Shown: positions 26,640 to 36,645, counted from the stretch's first letter. The stretch: DNA of 64,000 nucleotides from Syntrophales bacterium (GCA_036825195.1 DAISYQ010000013.1:4286-68285), one strand, 5' to 3'. Numbers and translations: made by a program. Notes: generated by a model not told the origin, from the letters alone.

Positions 26640-27575
26640 CTACGTTGAGCTGTCCTCTGAATTGATTCCTTGGGCCTTGCCGTCTTGTAACGGTTGTGAA
26701 TGATGCACCAGTACCGGGATGTTCGTGTGAAAAAGGGCGCTGGCGGTTTTTACAAGAAACCAGAATGCCAGCAACGGTAAAACGATAACCTGAATCAGAA
26801 AGATGCCAACGTACAGGAATGTCAGCTTGAGAAGATTTTCTATGATATCTCCCGCATTGGTAACGATAGCCACGAGGGCATTGTTGAACTCTGTTGATTT
26901 TCGTTTAAGAAACGACGCGCTATTCTCGATGGTCCCCACAACTCCATCAATTTCCGGGAGTGACAAATCCGTTAATTTTTCAAGTTCACCGGAACCAATA
27001 GCCAGTTCCTGATTTGCGTTTGCTATTTGTTCGGCGAAGAACTGTCTATGGAGATATTCGTCCGCAACGGACGATAGGGGAAGAAAGAAGCGGGCGATAA
27101 CAACAAGTACTATTACCCTCGTGAGAGTTTTCTGCAAGGACGTTATCCGTTCATTATCGAACCATACCAGCAAGGAGAGGATAAACAGAAATACGGCGAG
27201 TATAGGCGGTGCAAGCGATACGCTGATTTCATATACCAGCTTCTGGACCCCCAATGACGTAATCGCCGTCACGAGCACGTCGGAAAGGCGTTCCGTCATA
27301 TCATCGATCGGATCCAGGGCCTGACCGACGGCCAACGATACGCCCACCCCTGCGGGTTCCAACTGAAGGCTTGAGTCCTTTATAATTGAAACAGAGGCAT
27401 TGATAACCCTGCAGGTCGCATAGGCTACTCCGGCTTTCGTTATTGCTTCGCGAAAGTAATCGTCAGTGGTGGTGTCCAAAACCGGAACCTTGAGACCGGA
27501 GGAGAACAGCAGCAGTATCGCCAGTATCACTCCAATAGAGGATCGTATTATCTTTTGTTTTTTTGTAGTTTTCAT
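26640..27575 (-). CDS. hypothetical membrane protein
   Basis: N-terminal TM, central and C-terminal TM helices and a coiled middle. No family recognised. Confidence 0.5.
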   Translation of the reverse strand: MKTTKKQKIIRSSIGVILAILLLFSSGLKVPVLDTTTDDYFREAITKAGVAYATCRVINASVSIIKDSSLQLEPAGVGVSLAVGQALDPIDDMTERLSDVLVTAITSLGVQKLVYEISVSLAPPILAVFLFILSLLVWFDNERITSLQKTLTRVIVLVVIARFFLPLSSVADEYLHRQFFAEQIANANQELAIGSGELEKLTDLSLPEIDGVVGTIENSASFLKRKSTEFNNALVAIVTNAGDIIENLLKLTFLYVGIFLIQVIVLPLLAFWFLVKTASALFHTNIPVLVHHSQPLQDGKAQGINSEDSST

Positions 27576-27644
27576 TGGGTGTAATGTCCTTCGTTGCTGA
27601 TACGTCGTGCTTTTTAGTCGGCCCTATGATTCGTGTTCGAGCTG

Positions 27645-28298
27645 TTATCGTACGACTGGTTTTCTCGCGAACACGTACGCCCTTCGACTTTCGTATTCTA
27701 TGTTCGGATAGGGCTCTCTTTCGATTATTTCTATCCGTTCAAATCCACTCTCCTTCAGACAGCCGGAAATAAAATCCGTAGTGAAGAACATGAAATCTAT
27801 ATCGATCTTCGCGCCGAGAAATTCATCTATATGGATTGTTTTATCACCGATGTGGTAGGTGAAAAGAAATAATCCTCCCGGCTGTAATACACGAAATACT
27901 TCTCGAAAAGCGATCCCTACCTGTTCATCTGTAAAGTGAACAATGGCATAGAACGCCACAACGCCGCCTATTGAGTCGTCATCGCACTCGAGCCCGAGTA
28001 TATTGCCCTTTCGGAAGGGTATTCCGGGATGGAGTATTCGTGCCTGCTTCAGCAGTACTTCGGACAGATCCAGCCCGGAGATTTCAATTCCAAGATTGCG
28101 CAGGTATTGTGTGGTGTTGCCGGAACCGCAGCCGAGATCCCAGACCGGCTTTATCTTTCCGATTTCTTTCGAAAATCTGTGGAGGATTTCTTGATCTTTC
28201 GGTTTCTTCTCGTGATCATAAGAAAATGCTTTGGCATATTCTTTTGCTACCGTATCGTACACTCTTTCTATGCTATCTAATTCCTGTCCCATAGCCAT
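27645..28298 (-). CDS. class I SAM-dependent methyltransferase
   Basis: VWDLGCGSGNTT motif I and VVAFYAIVHF. Confidence 0.85.
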   Translation of the reverse strand: MAMGQELDSIERVYDTVAKEYAKAFSYDHEKKPKDQEILHRFSKEIGKIKPVWDLGCGSGNTTQYLRNLGIEISGLDLSEVLLKQARILHPGIPFRKGNILGLECDDDSIGGVVAFYAIVHFTDEQVGIAFREVFRVLQPGGLFLFTYHIGDKTIHIDEFLGAKIDIDFMFFTTDFISGCLKESGFERIEIIEREPYPNIEYESRRAYVFARKPVVR

Positions 28299-28473
28299 AG
28301 CCCCTCATCGGCACGAGGTATGAGTGTTCGCCTGTGTGAGGATTGTGAGCCGATGTAATGTGCTCTATCCGGTACTGGTCCTATTATTGACCTTCATAAA
28401 TCCTGCGTCACCGGTTATTGTGTATAGTGCTTCCATAAACATCTTGACGGTCAGCCTTGATATGTATCTGTCG

Positions 28474-28803
28474 TTAATCGACAATAAAGAGCTTGGCACC
28501 CCCCGCTGTTGAGGAGCGATGCGGCTCTGCATTGTCAGCAACCTGATAGCTCATACCCGGCTTGAGAATAAATGTGCGGCCATCTTCCAGTTCCGTGTGT
28601 AATTCACCCTCAAGGCAGAATAGAATATGTCCCTTACTGCACCAATGATCCGCTAGATAGCCTGGAGAATACTCAACCATCCGGACTCGAATATCTCCAA
28701 AATTCCGGCTTCTCCAATAGGCAACGCCGGTATCACCTTTGTGCTCTGTTCGTTCGATTTCGGACCAATTCGTAATACCGAAAGGCGTATCAGTTATGTG
28801 CAT
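28474..28803 (-). CDS. DHCW-motif cupin fold protein
   Basis: YLADHWCSKGHILFCLEGEL contains the DHWC/DHCW-type signature. Confidence 0.7.
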   Translation of the reverse strand: MHITDTPFGITNWSEIERTEHKGDTGVAYWRSRNFGDIRVRMVEYSPGYLADHWCSKGHILFCLEGELHTELEDGRTFILKPGMSYQVADNAEPHRSSTAGGAKLFIVD

Positions 28804-28946
28804 GTATTGTTCTCCTGAGACTCGTACCGGCGGTCATCTGCGGTGCGCGCCAGTCCGTTCGAACTCCGCCCCGGTTGGGCAACAGGCCGTAAAGAATGCA
28901 CTTCAATCCTCCCGCTGCCCTTTCCCCCTAGTGTAATACGTCGTGT

Positions 28947-29444
28947 TCAATCCACCCTGAAAAAAGCCTTTTGCTTCGCGCCGCAGACAGGACAGGTCTC
29001 CGGGGCCTCGCTTTCATGGGTATAGCCACAGATCGAGCAGACATAATAGCAGTCAACAGCAGACGGGTTATCAAGTTCTTTGATCATCTTCTGATATAAT
29101 CCCGCGTGGATCTCCTCAACCGCATTGGCGAAAACAAAACTTCTTTCCGCCGCCTTGTCGCCCTCTTCCCTGGCCGCTTCGATCATGGCGGGGTACATCG
29201 ACTTGAATTCGTGGATCTCGCCCGCTTCCGCCTCTTTTAAATTTTCGAGGGTGCTGTGTATCCCGCCCATGGCCTTCAGATGGGCGTGGGCATGCACGGT
29301 CTCAGCCTCTGCCGCGGCCCTGAACAGTTTCGCAGCCTGGGGATGGCCCTCCTTGTCTGCCTGTTTTGCAAAGGCCAGATATTTTCTGTTTGCCTGAGAC
29401 TCGCCCGCAAATGCTTCCTGAAGGTTCAACTTTGTTTTACCCAT
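28947..29444 (-). CDS. rbr: rubrerythrin
   Basis: ESQA.RKY.FA...EGH ... E..H diiron helices plus a C-terminal CSICGY...CPVCG rubredoxin domain. Confidence 0.95.
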   Translation of the reverse strand: MGKTKLNLQEAFAGESQANRKYLAFAKQADKEGHPQAAKLFRAAAEAETVHAHAHLKAMGGIHSTLENLKEAEAGEIHEFKSMYPAMIEAAREEGDKAAERSFVFANAVEEIHAGLYQKMIKELDNPSAVDCYYVCSICGYTHESEAPETCPVCGAKQKAFFRVD

Positions 29445-29531
29445 CTTTCATTCCTTTCAAAGGTTTATTCTTATACTGCATGTTACTGTCTTTAAGGCAG
29501 AGGCTCTGCCGATTATTCCGGTATGCAATTA

Positions 29532-29548
29532 ATATGTACGGTACATAT
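29532..29548. promoter_or_regulatory. 17-bp perfect palindrome upstream of rubrerythrin (candidate operator)
   Basis: ATATGTAC-G-GTACATAT, about 90-100 nt upstream of the rbr start, in a 450-bp divergent intergenic region. Confidence 0.3.
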
Positions 29549-29897
29549 ATATCGGCCGACCCGTTGGATCACCATGCGATTACTCACCGCTTCACGGTTA
29601 TGCTCCCTGATCTTTTGCAGGGCTATCCTTGATGCGGGGTATATAAAAAAGATTATACTTGCTCCATTCTTATGTCAATATATAACTGTGATATGCCCGA
29701 ATTATAAGGGTTTCTGGAAACGCTGTATCTGAAGTTGATACCATGTGTAGCATCGGTCTGTCCGTTGATGATGCAACGTTCTGATTTTATATTGACAAAG
29801 AAAACGGTTTTTGAAATGAATGTGCCAATACGGGTAGTAAGCGCAATCGCGCAACCTGGCGTGTTGAATACCACAGGATTCAGAAAGGGGACCGAGG

Positions 29898-30482
29898 ATG
29901 AAAAGGATATGTGGAGGAGTCGTGTTGGCTTGTCTGTTCTTTGCAGCCAACCTTTTTGCTACGGACTTTGATACGGCAGAAAAGTTCCGTAAACTCGATG
30001 ATAAAATCAACAGGGCATTACAGAACAATGAGTGGCATTATGTCGGTAAGACCTTTGTTCGTGCCTTGTGGGATGATTTCAAGATAGCTCACGAGAACAC
30101 AAAGCCGGAACTCTCTTCCGCCAAGATTTATGGAAAAGTTCCGAATATCGAAGACTACAGCCAATACGCAGGCGTATACAGACGCGAAAACAAAGAGGAC
30201 GCTAAGGCCTTCGTTGAGATCAAGAAATCAGAGAAGGGGGTCTTTTTTGTAGAACTTGCGGGCTATCACTATCCGGCGGTGGCTACCGGGAAGAGTATCG
30301 TGTTTACGACCGGAACGATTAAATCCACCCCAGCCCTCCCTCGGTTGGCTGCGAAACCCTATTGTATGCTTGCAATGTACATGATTGTTCGGATAGATGG
30401 AGCATACTTCTTCCTTGCTGCGGATGCGTCGCCAAACGAGTGGGTCGAGCTGTTCAAGGACGTGGAGAAGGGGAAAGAGTGA
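29898..30482 (+). CDS. hypothetical secreted protein
   Basis: Signal peptide VVLACLFFAANLFA. No recognisable domain. Confidence 0.5.
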   Translation: MKRICGGVVLACLFFAANLFATDFDTAEKFRKLDDKINRALQNNEWHYVGKTFVRALWDDFKIAHENTKPELSSAKIYGKVPNIEDYSQYAGVYRRENKEDAKAFVEIKKSEKGVFFVELAGYHYPAVATGKSIVFTTGTIKSTPALPRLAAKPYCMLAMYMIVRIDGAYFFLAADASPNEWVELFKDVEKGKE

Positions 30483-30615
30483 TCATTTCATGGGATGAGA
30501 TGGAACCCATTTGGTCGATCATCACACGGTGAAAGCGTGTCTCTTGCCTCAAAGCCTGCATGTAATCGGTTTCATTTCTCTAAGTATACGTCTTGGCCCA
30601 TTGTTGCCGTCGAAC

Positions 30616-31317
30616 TCAACGTTCTTGAGATATTGCGTAGGCAACCGCCTGTTTCGCATGTATCGCAGTGGTATCGTAGAGGGGTATCTCGGTATCGCTT
30701 TGATTGACCAGCATGCCGATCTCCGTGCAACCGAGAATTACCCCTTCGGCGCCTTCATTGGCCAGGTTCTCGATAATACGGAGGTATTCCACCCTGGATT
30801 CGGCGGTAATCCGGCCCAGACAAAGTTCCTGATAAATGATATCGTGAACAATCCTCCTGTCTGAGGTATGGGGAACCAGCACATCTAACCCATATTTCCG
30901 GTGTAACCGTCCTTTATAAAAGTCATGCTCCATGGTAAAGCCGGTGCCCAGGAGGCCGACTTTCTTCACGCCATTCTCTATGAGAACTTCGGCAGTCGCA
31001 TCGGCTATGTGCAGCACCGGAATATGAACGGCTTGTTCTATCTGCGGCGCTACCTTATGCATGGTGTTCGTGCATATGAGTAAAAAATCGGCCCCGGCCG
31101 TCTGGACGCTCAGGGCGGCGGCTGAAAGGATTTCTGCCGTACCGTCCCAATCGCCTTCATGTTGCAGCTTCTCGATGGGATCAAAATCCACGCTGTAGAG
31201 AACGACCTTTGCGGAATGAAGACCGCCTAGGGCATCTTTTACGCCCTCGTTTATCGCACGGTAGTATCCGACCGTGCTTTCCCAACTCATCCCTCCTATT
31301 AGGCCTATCGTTTTCAT
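30616..31317 (-). CDS. aspartate/glutamate racemase family protein
   Basis: MKTIGLIGGMSWEST...YY, CTNTMH and GCTE motifs. I chose the internal start at MKTIG. Confidence 0.85.
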   Translation of the reverse strand: MKTIGLIGGMSWESTVGYYRAINEGVKDALGGLHSAKVVLYSVDFDPIEKLQHEGDWDGTAEILSAAALSVQTAGADFLLICTNTMHKVAPQIEQAVHIPVLHIADATAEVLIENGVKKVGLLGTGFTMEHDFYKGRLHRKYGLDVLVPHTSDRRIVHDIIYQELCLGRITAESRVEYLRIIENLANEGAEGVILGCTEIGMLVNQSDTEIPLYDTTAIHAKQAVAYAISQER

Positions 31318-31375
31318 GTCGATGCTCCAACTGTCCATCTGCAAGGTATGTAAGGGATCATCAATAATGACCGAC

Positions 31376-31876
31376 TTACTGGAAGGGGTCTTTCCCGATA
31401 TGGAGCGAATCCCACTTTCTGTCGTCTCCCAGAAATTCCCCCGAATAACTGAAGCAAAAGGCAGCGGCTTCACCGGGAAGCGATACGCTTGCATTGAAGG
31501 GTATCTTTTCGGGGGCGGTTGAATTCACCGAATAGAGAGGGCTGATATGGTGGGTGCTTATCACCCTTCCATCGGTATATAGAAAGCTGACAAGAAGACT
31601 CAGACTTCTGATTTTCGGATAACTATTGGTTATGGATTCTGATATCGATATATTACCTTCCAGACTCAAACGATCGGGCAGCGACGTATAGGTATAATGA
31701 ACCGCTAATTCGTTGGTATTCCATATCCCTGATTCGGTGCCGCCTGAGACGATATGAATCCGGTCGGCCTGCTTTGCCGTTTCCCCCCGGTATAGCTCGT
31801 GGGTGCTGGCACATGCCAGCAGTGAAAACAGTGACAAAGATATGAATATAATGACCCGGGTATTTTTTTGTACCAT
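31376..31876 (-). CDS. hypothetical lipoprotein
   Basis: LFSLLAC lipobox. Confidence 0.55.
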   Translation of the reverse strand: MVQKNTRVIIFISLSLFSLLACASTHELYRGETAKQADRIHIVSGGTESGIWNTNELAVHYTYTSLPDRLSLEGNISISESITNSYPKIRSLSLLVSFLYTDGRVISTHHISPLYSVNSTAPEKIPFNASVSLPGEAAAFCFSYSGEFLGDDRKWDSLHIGKDPFQ

Positions 31877-32040
31877 AATTCACTCCTTTCTCGCTTGTGT
31901 GTTCTGTGGCATCTCCGTCTAAAGTCCCGGGATTCCGATAGGGCCGGGAAGATCAGGGATGCAGCATCCTGAAAGCGAGATCATAATTAACAAGATAAAT
32001 GCTAACAGTGCCAGTTGTTTCATTCGGATTCCTTCTCAAG

Positions 32041-32104
32041 GTATAACAAAAAGCTGAATCGGAGCGACCCTAGAGACTCGATCAGTTCTATTGATTTGTT
32101 AGAA
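32041..32104. repeat. attC-like site adjacent to the DUF4238 gene (orientation ambiguous)
   Basis: GTATAACAAA...CTGA(A)TCG(G)AG-loop-CTCGATCAG...TTTGTTAGAA. Outer 9-bp stem, asymmetric internal loop and an inner stem with two unpaired bases. It lies 8 nt from the gene stop. Confidence 0.6.
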
Positions 32105-32111
32105 TTTTATA

Positions 32112-33131
32112 CTACGTCTCTTTCGCAAACTTAGCTTCCATAAGTATATTTTTTTCGTGCCATTTTCCCCACATTTCTTGTTCTTGCCTGAATAGTTTGT
32201 GATCTACTATCCGAGGTGCGTATTTCTCTATTTCAGGATCTGGTTCGTTTGAAAAGATCATCCTATATGAATTTTCAGCGATTATCTTTCTGATAAATAA
32301 AGTTTTCTCCTTATTGAACCGAGTTCCCTTTATCGGTGGTTTACATCCAATTTCAGTAAACAAAAGATGCTCTGAGTCTAATGGAAAAATAATATTACCT
32401 CTCTTAACACCCCAACCACCTTTTAAATCATACTGATTTTGACTGATAAAATTTAGTCTAACGACGGGATTATCACTCGTGAACCATTTCATGCCATTGT
32501 ATGGACGTATTATAGTCCATTTGTGTTTATTTAGAATATTGATAGTGTTGTTTAGTATGTGTTTCAAGCTAAATAACCAAGACGAACGTCCTGTATATGA
32601 TTCTATATTGACGATCATTGTTGGTTCGCTGCCTTCCTCATAAGTAGTCGTTATTTTTAAAGGAAGATGATTCTTGTGTTTTGTCGGATTAGAATATTCT
32701 TGTCTCTGCTCCAAAAGTCTTTTGGGAAGGTTTTTTTGCAATTTTTTTAAAGTTTGAGAAAAAATTATTTGAGCTCTTTCGAGATGTTCATGAAGCCTTG
32801 CTGGTGTTCTTACGTCATGTAGTGCCACAAATTTTATCAGTTTATTCCAATCATCTGAAGATAAATGTAAATCACTAATTGCTCGGTTTAGTGCACTTTG
32901 AACCGGGGTCTCAAACTCTTTATCAAACCACTGCTCTACCTCATCATCTAGTTCTTGATCTTTTAATTGAGAATATAGGTGTAAATGATAGGCTACAGCT
33001 TTAGGCGGAGATTTCTTCCACATATTAATATTATCATGGGATACTAAGGTACGGTAACACCAAAGATAGTTTTCAGAATCACACCAATTTCTGAGATAAC
33101 TCTGCGAGACAAAATGATTTTTGTTACGCAA
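32112..33131 (-). CDS. DUF4238 domain protein
   Basis: The N-terminal NHFVSQSYLRNW resembles the HYVPQFYLRNF signature of DUF4238. The gene is about one-third G+C by eye, against about 50% in the flanks. Confidence 0.7.
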   Translation of the reverse strand: MRNKNHFVSQSYLRNWCDSENYLWCYRTLVSHDNINMWKKSPPKAVAYHLHLYSQLKDQELDDEVEQWFDKEFETPVQSALNRAISDLHLSSDDWNKLIKFVALHDVRTPARLHEHLERAQIIFSQTLKKLQKNLPKRLLEQRQEYSNPTKHKNHLPLKITTTYEEGSEPTMIVNIESYTGRSSWLFSLKHILNNTINILNKHKWTIIRPYNGMKWFTSDNPVVRLNFISQNQYDLKGGWGVKRGNIIFPLDSEHLLFTEIGCKPPIKGTRFNKEKTLFIRKIIAENSYRMIFSNEPDPEIEKYAPRIVDHKLFRQEQEMWGKWHEKNILMEAKFAKET

Positions 33132-33596
33132 CCTATCTTCCTTTCATAATGCATTTTAATCGAATTCTAACAAGTTATTAAACGGGAAAGTATCCGTATC
33201 TACCAAGTATTCCGATATTGAGTAACAGGGTCTTTATTGACGATCTCCGCTTCCGTCCTATCAGCATATTTAACATCCACGGTTTATGTATTGAAAAAGC
33301 CGGGGGAAATTATGGAAAATAAAGGATACTATGTCAAGGATAATTCAGGGCATAAGCAATAGGAATTATTGGGCGTTGCAAGAATGGAAGAGGAGTATTC
33401 AGGCCTTGAGATTTCATTTTATACCATAAGGTATAACGGGTTACCTGGTCGGAAAACGCAGGAGTCGAGGTGGTTTTGTTTAAATAGGTTGCAATTTTTG
33501 CATATTAGGTATAGAAACGGCCGCAATCGTCTGACACTTGAGCAGACCGATGATTGAATGGTGCTGTTTTACGTGTCATGTATTGTGCGTGGAAGA

Positions 33597-33627
33597 GCTG
33601 TCCAGATCGCTTTGGGCAGCTTTTTTT
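33597..33627 (+). terminator. intrinsic terminator with no annotated upstream gene
   Basis: GCTGTCC-agatcgcttt-GGGCAGC followed by TTTTTTT. Confidence 0.65.
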
Positions 33628-33638
33628 GTGGTTCGGAA

Positions 33639-33670
33639 AGCCGGCATGCGTCGCATCCGGCTGTTTCTTT
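33639..33670 (+). terminator. second terminator-like hairpin
   Basis: AGCCGGCATG-cgtcg-CATCCGGCT followed by GTTTCTTT. Confidence 0.45.
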
Positions 33671-33847
33671 AGAAGAAGAGTGCCGGCAACGGCGTTCGTC
33701 CAATGGGATTTCAACTTCGATGTGCGCGATGATTTCAAAAACCGGAGATGTGAAGCATTTCTGGCAGCTCGCAGTCTTACATAACTAGCCGGCATGCCGT
33801 AGACGATTACCGTTTGCATGAACGTGCCCGGCAGATGAATGGTGATT

Positions 33848-35644
33848 ATGGATTTTCAAGAATTGGGATTAAATGAGGAACTGGTCCGCGCGGTGAAGGC
33901 GTTGGGCTTTGTAAACCCAATGCCGATACAGGAGCAGGCCATCCCCGTACTGCTCGACGGCAGTCGGGATGTTGTGGGATCGGCGCAAACCGGTACCGGG
34001 AAAACGGGGGCTTTTGGTCTGCCGCTGCTTCAGCTTATCGACAGGTCGGTGCCGCACCCGCAGGCGCTTGTCCTGTGCCCTACCCGTGAGCTTTGCATTC
34101 AGATAACGAATGACATAAAGCAGTTTTCACTCTGCATGGAAGGAGTCCGCACGGCTGCCGTATACGGCGGTGCCAGCATCGAAGTCCAGATAAGGCAGAT
34201 AAAACGCGGTGCCCAGATAATTGTGGCGACACCGGGGCGGCTGAATGATCTGCTTCGGCGAAAAGCGGTGAAGATGGAACATATCTCTGTGGCGGTTTTG
34301 GATGAAGCCGATGAAATGCTGAATATGGGATTTAAGGAAGATATCGATTTAATCCTGGCAACACTGCCGCCGCATCGGCGTATATGGCTGTTTTCTGCGA
34401 CCATGCCTTCGGGCGTTGCGGCGATTGCAACGAAGTATCTTACTGATCCGGTGAAGATAACCGTGAACAGCAAACAAAAAAGCCCGGAGAAGATCGAGCA
34501 TACCTGCTACACGATACAGGAAAAAGACCGGTATGAGGCCCTGAAACGGATTCTGGATTTTTCTCCCGGAATTTTCGGTCTGGTATTCTGCCGGACCCGA
34601 AAGGAAACACAGGATGTGGCCGCCAGGCTGATACAGGACGGCTATGACTCGGGTGCCCTTCATGGAGAATTATCTCAGGCGCAACGGGACAGCGTGATGC
34701 AGAGATTCCGACAGGCATCGATCCGTATTCTTGTGGCAACTGATGTTGCCGCACGAGGGCTTGACGTCAATGATATCACCCACGTGATTCATTACAATCT
34801 GCCGAATGAGCCGGAGATGTATATTCACCGCAGCGGGAGGACAGCGCGCGCCGGAAAGCATGGATCGTCGATTGCACTGATCAATGTGAAAGAAAAATAC
34901 CGACTCCAGGCCATTGAGAAGCGATTGAAAATCCAGTTTGATTTCGAGAAAGTCCCTGATGGACCGGGAATTTGCAAAAAACAGCTCCTCAGTCAAATTG
35001 AAAAAATTGTTGATACAAAGGTCAACGATGCCGATATCGCCGAATACCTGCCTGTCGCATACGAAGCCCTGCGCGGAATAGATAAAAATGAACTGATAAA
35101 ACGATTGGTTTCTTCCGAGTTTACTCATTTTATTGACTATTACCGCCATTCCAGCGATATCAATGTGAAACCCCTGAAAAAGGCCGTCACTGGTACCGGA
35201 ACGACGAACCCGAAGACCCGCGTGAAAGACAGCCGCACAAACAGCGTGAAGGATGGCATAAAAGATAGCCGGAAGGACACTCGGAAAGATAGAAAAGCCC
35301 AGCGGTTTTTTATCAACATCGGGCGGCTGGATAAAATGAATGAAGGCTCTATCGTAAAGCTGATATGCGACCACTCTGACATCCGGGCAAGCATGATCGG
35401 ACAGGTCAATCTGAAACGTTCTTACTCCTTTTTCGAGGTGGAGAACAGGGTGGCTGGAATGATGCTCCAGTCAATAAGGAACGCCAAGTTCTATGGCAGA
35501 GAGGTCATGATCCGGGAAGTTTTCGATAAAAAAATTCCGCCATCAATACGAGCGGAAGCCATAAGAAACCTAATAAACGGCGTCAGCATTACGCTGCCGC
35601 CATGTGACAACAGGCTTTTCCACGGCACTTTTATGGATAGATGA
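33848..35644 (+). CDS. deaD: DEAD-box ATP-dependent RNA helicase (DeaD/CsdA-like, with DbpA-type C-terminal domain)
   Basis: Q motif F.ELGL, AQTGTGKT, PTRELC, DEAD (VLDEADEM), SAT and HRSGRTARAG. The start could also be at 33839. Confidence 0.9.
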   Translation: MDFQELGLNEELVRAVKALGFVNPMPIQEQAIPVLLDGSRDVVGSAQTGTGKTGAFGLPLLQLIDRSVPHPQALVLCPTRELCIQITNDIKQFSLCMEGVRTAAVYGGASIEVQIRQIKRGAQIIVATPGRLNDLLRRKAVKMEHISVAVLDEADEMLNMGFKEDIDLILATLPPHRRIWLFSATMPSGVAAIATKYLTDPVKITVNSKQKSPEKIEHTCYTIQEKDRYEALKRILDFSPGIFGLVFCRTRKETQDVAARLIQDGYDSGALHGELSQAQRDSVMQRFRQASIRILVATDVAARGLDVNDITHVIHYNLPNEPEMYIHRSGRTARAGKHGSSIALINVKEKYRLQAIEKRLKIQFDFEKVPDGPGICKKQLLSQIEKIVDTKVNDADIAEYLPVAYEALRGIDKNELIKRLVSSEFTHFIDYYRHSSDINVKPLKKAVTGTGTTNPKTRVKDSRTNSVKDGIKDSRKDTRKDRKAQRFFINIGRLDKMNEGSIVKLICDHSDIRASMIGQVNLKRSYSFFEVENRVAGMMLQSIRNAKFYGREVMIREVFDKKIPPSIRAEAIRNLINGVSITLPPCDNRLFHGTFMDR

Positions 35645-35751
35645 GTGTCAGTCAGTCTTGCCCTGTCCCCTCCTCTGTCCGAATATGTGCCGTGCGGCGC
35701 TCAAGGGTTAGAATGATAGATCCGTTATCCTGACTGTGACTCATGAGAATA

Positions 35752-36645
35752 TTACGGTAATAAATATTTCCCATCAATCCTTACGATGGCCCCTCCGCCG
35801 AAGAAAACGCGGGTCTTGGCTTCTGGGGTACTGTGTACCATTAATTTTACGTTGTTTGGCTTCTCGAAACTTCCGTTTTGTTCCAGTGACATGAAGGTGC
35901 CGTCCCACATCTTGTTGTTCAGGAGATAATAGCCGAATGCGGAATTCCCCGATCCGGTTGCCGGATCTTCAAGGTACCCGAACGTCGGCGCAAAGACCCT
36001 TGTCCGGTATGTATTTGCTGTGTGAGCAACCTCGTCGGTATACACGGTTATGATGTCGATAGTATTCCGGACACAGAATTCTTTCAGCTCGTCTAACAGT
36101 GGGGATATCGAAAGGATTCCTTGCAGCGTTTTTATCGGTACGATGAGTGTTTCCAGACCGGCATTCACGATAGATATGGGATTGCCAGTATCGATTTCAT
36201 CAACCTTGATTCGTAACGCTTCAGCAATACGAGCAGGATCAATCTCCTGTGTTGAAAAAACGGGATCCGGCGCAGAGATAAATACGGCATCTTCATGGGC
36301 GATCCGGTTTTCGACTGTCAGGTTCCCCTTCTTTGTCGTGATAGGTATCTCACTCATGTTGATTAGTTTGTCGCTGTTTTGTATCAGGTCGTACATGATG
36401 GCTATGGTGGCGTGGCCGCAGAAATCGACTTCTCGTTCGGAAGAATAATACTTCAATACAAACGTGTTGTCTGTCTGACAGACATATCCGACCTCACTGA
36501 CAAACCCCTTGAGTTCTTGAGCGATTCTGAGCAGTTCATCGGTTGTTGTGTCGTTAAACGAGTCCACGCAGACCATGCCGGCCGGATTTCCGTCGGACTG
36601 TTGCGTTGCAAAGGCATCAATTTTTTTGAATTTAAATTTCTTCAT
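35752..36645 (-). CDS. PhzF family isomerase
   Basis: The KKIDAFATQQSDGNPAGMV N-terminus and ATGSGNSAF are typical of PhzF-like proteins. Confidence 0.85.
   Translation of the reverse strand: MKKFKFKKIDAFATQQSDGNPAGMVCVDSFNDTTTDELLRIAQELKGFVSEVGYVCQTDNTFVLKYYSSEREVDFCGHATIAIMYDLIQNSDKLINMSEIPITTKKGNLTVENRIAHEDAVFISAPDPVFSTQEIDPARIAEALRIKVDEIDTGNPISIVNAGLETLIVPIKTLQGILSISPLLDELKEFCVRNTIDIITVYTDEVAHTANTYRTRVFAPTFGYLEDPATGSGNSAFGYYLLNNKMWDGTFMSLEQNGSFEKPNNVKLMVHSTPEAKTRVFFGGGAIVRIDGKYLLP

Noticed and set aside
33369-33819. ORFs of 62-104 aa in the gap upstream of deaD (33369-33557, 33505-33819, 33554-33788).
   Set aside because: They overlap one another in different frames, lack RBSs, start with non-ATG codons in part, and have odd Arg/Cys-rich composition. 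I treat the gap as non-coding.
34670-35374. 234-aa minus-strand ORF.
   Set aside because: It is antisense to the DEAD-box helicase gene, whose conserved motifs fix the coding strand.
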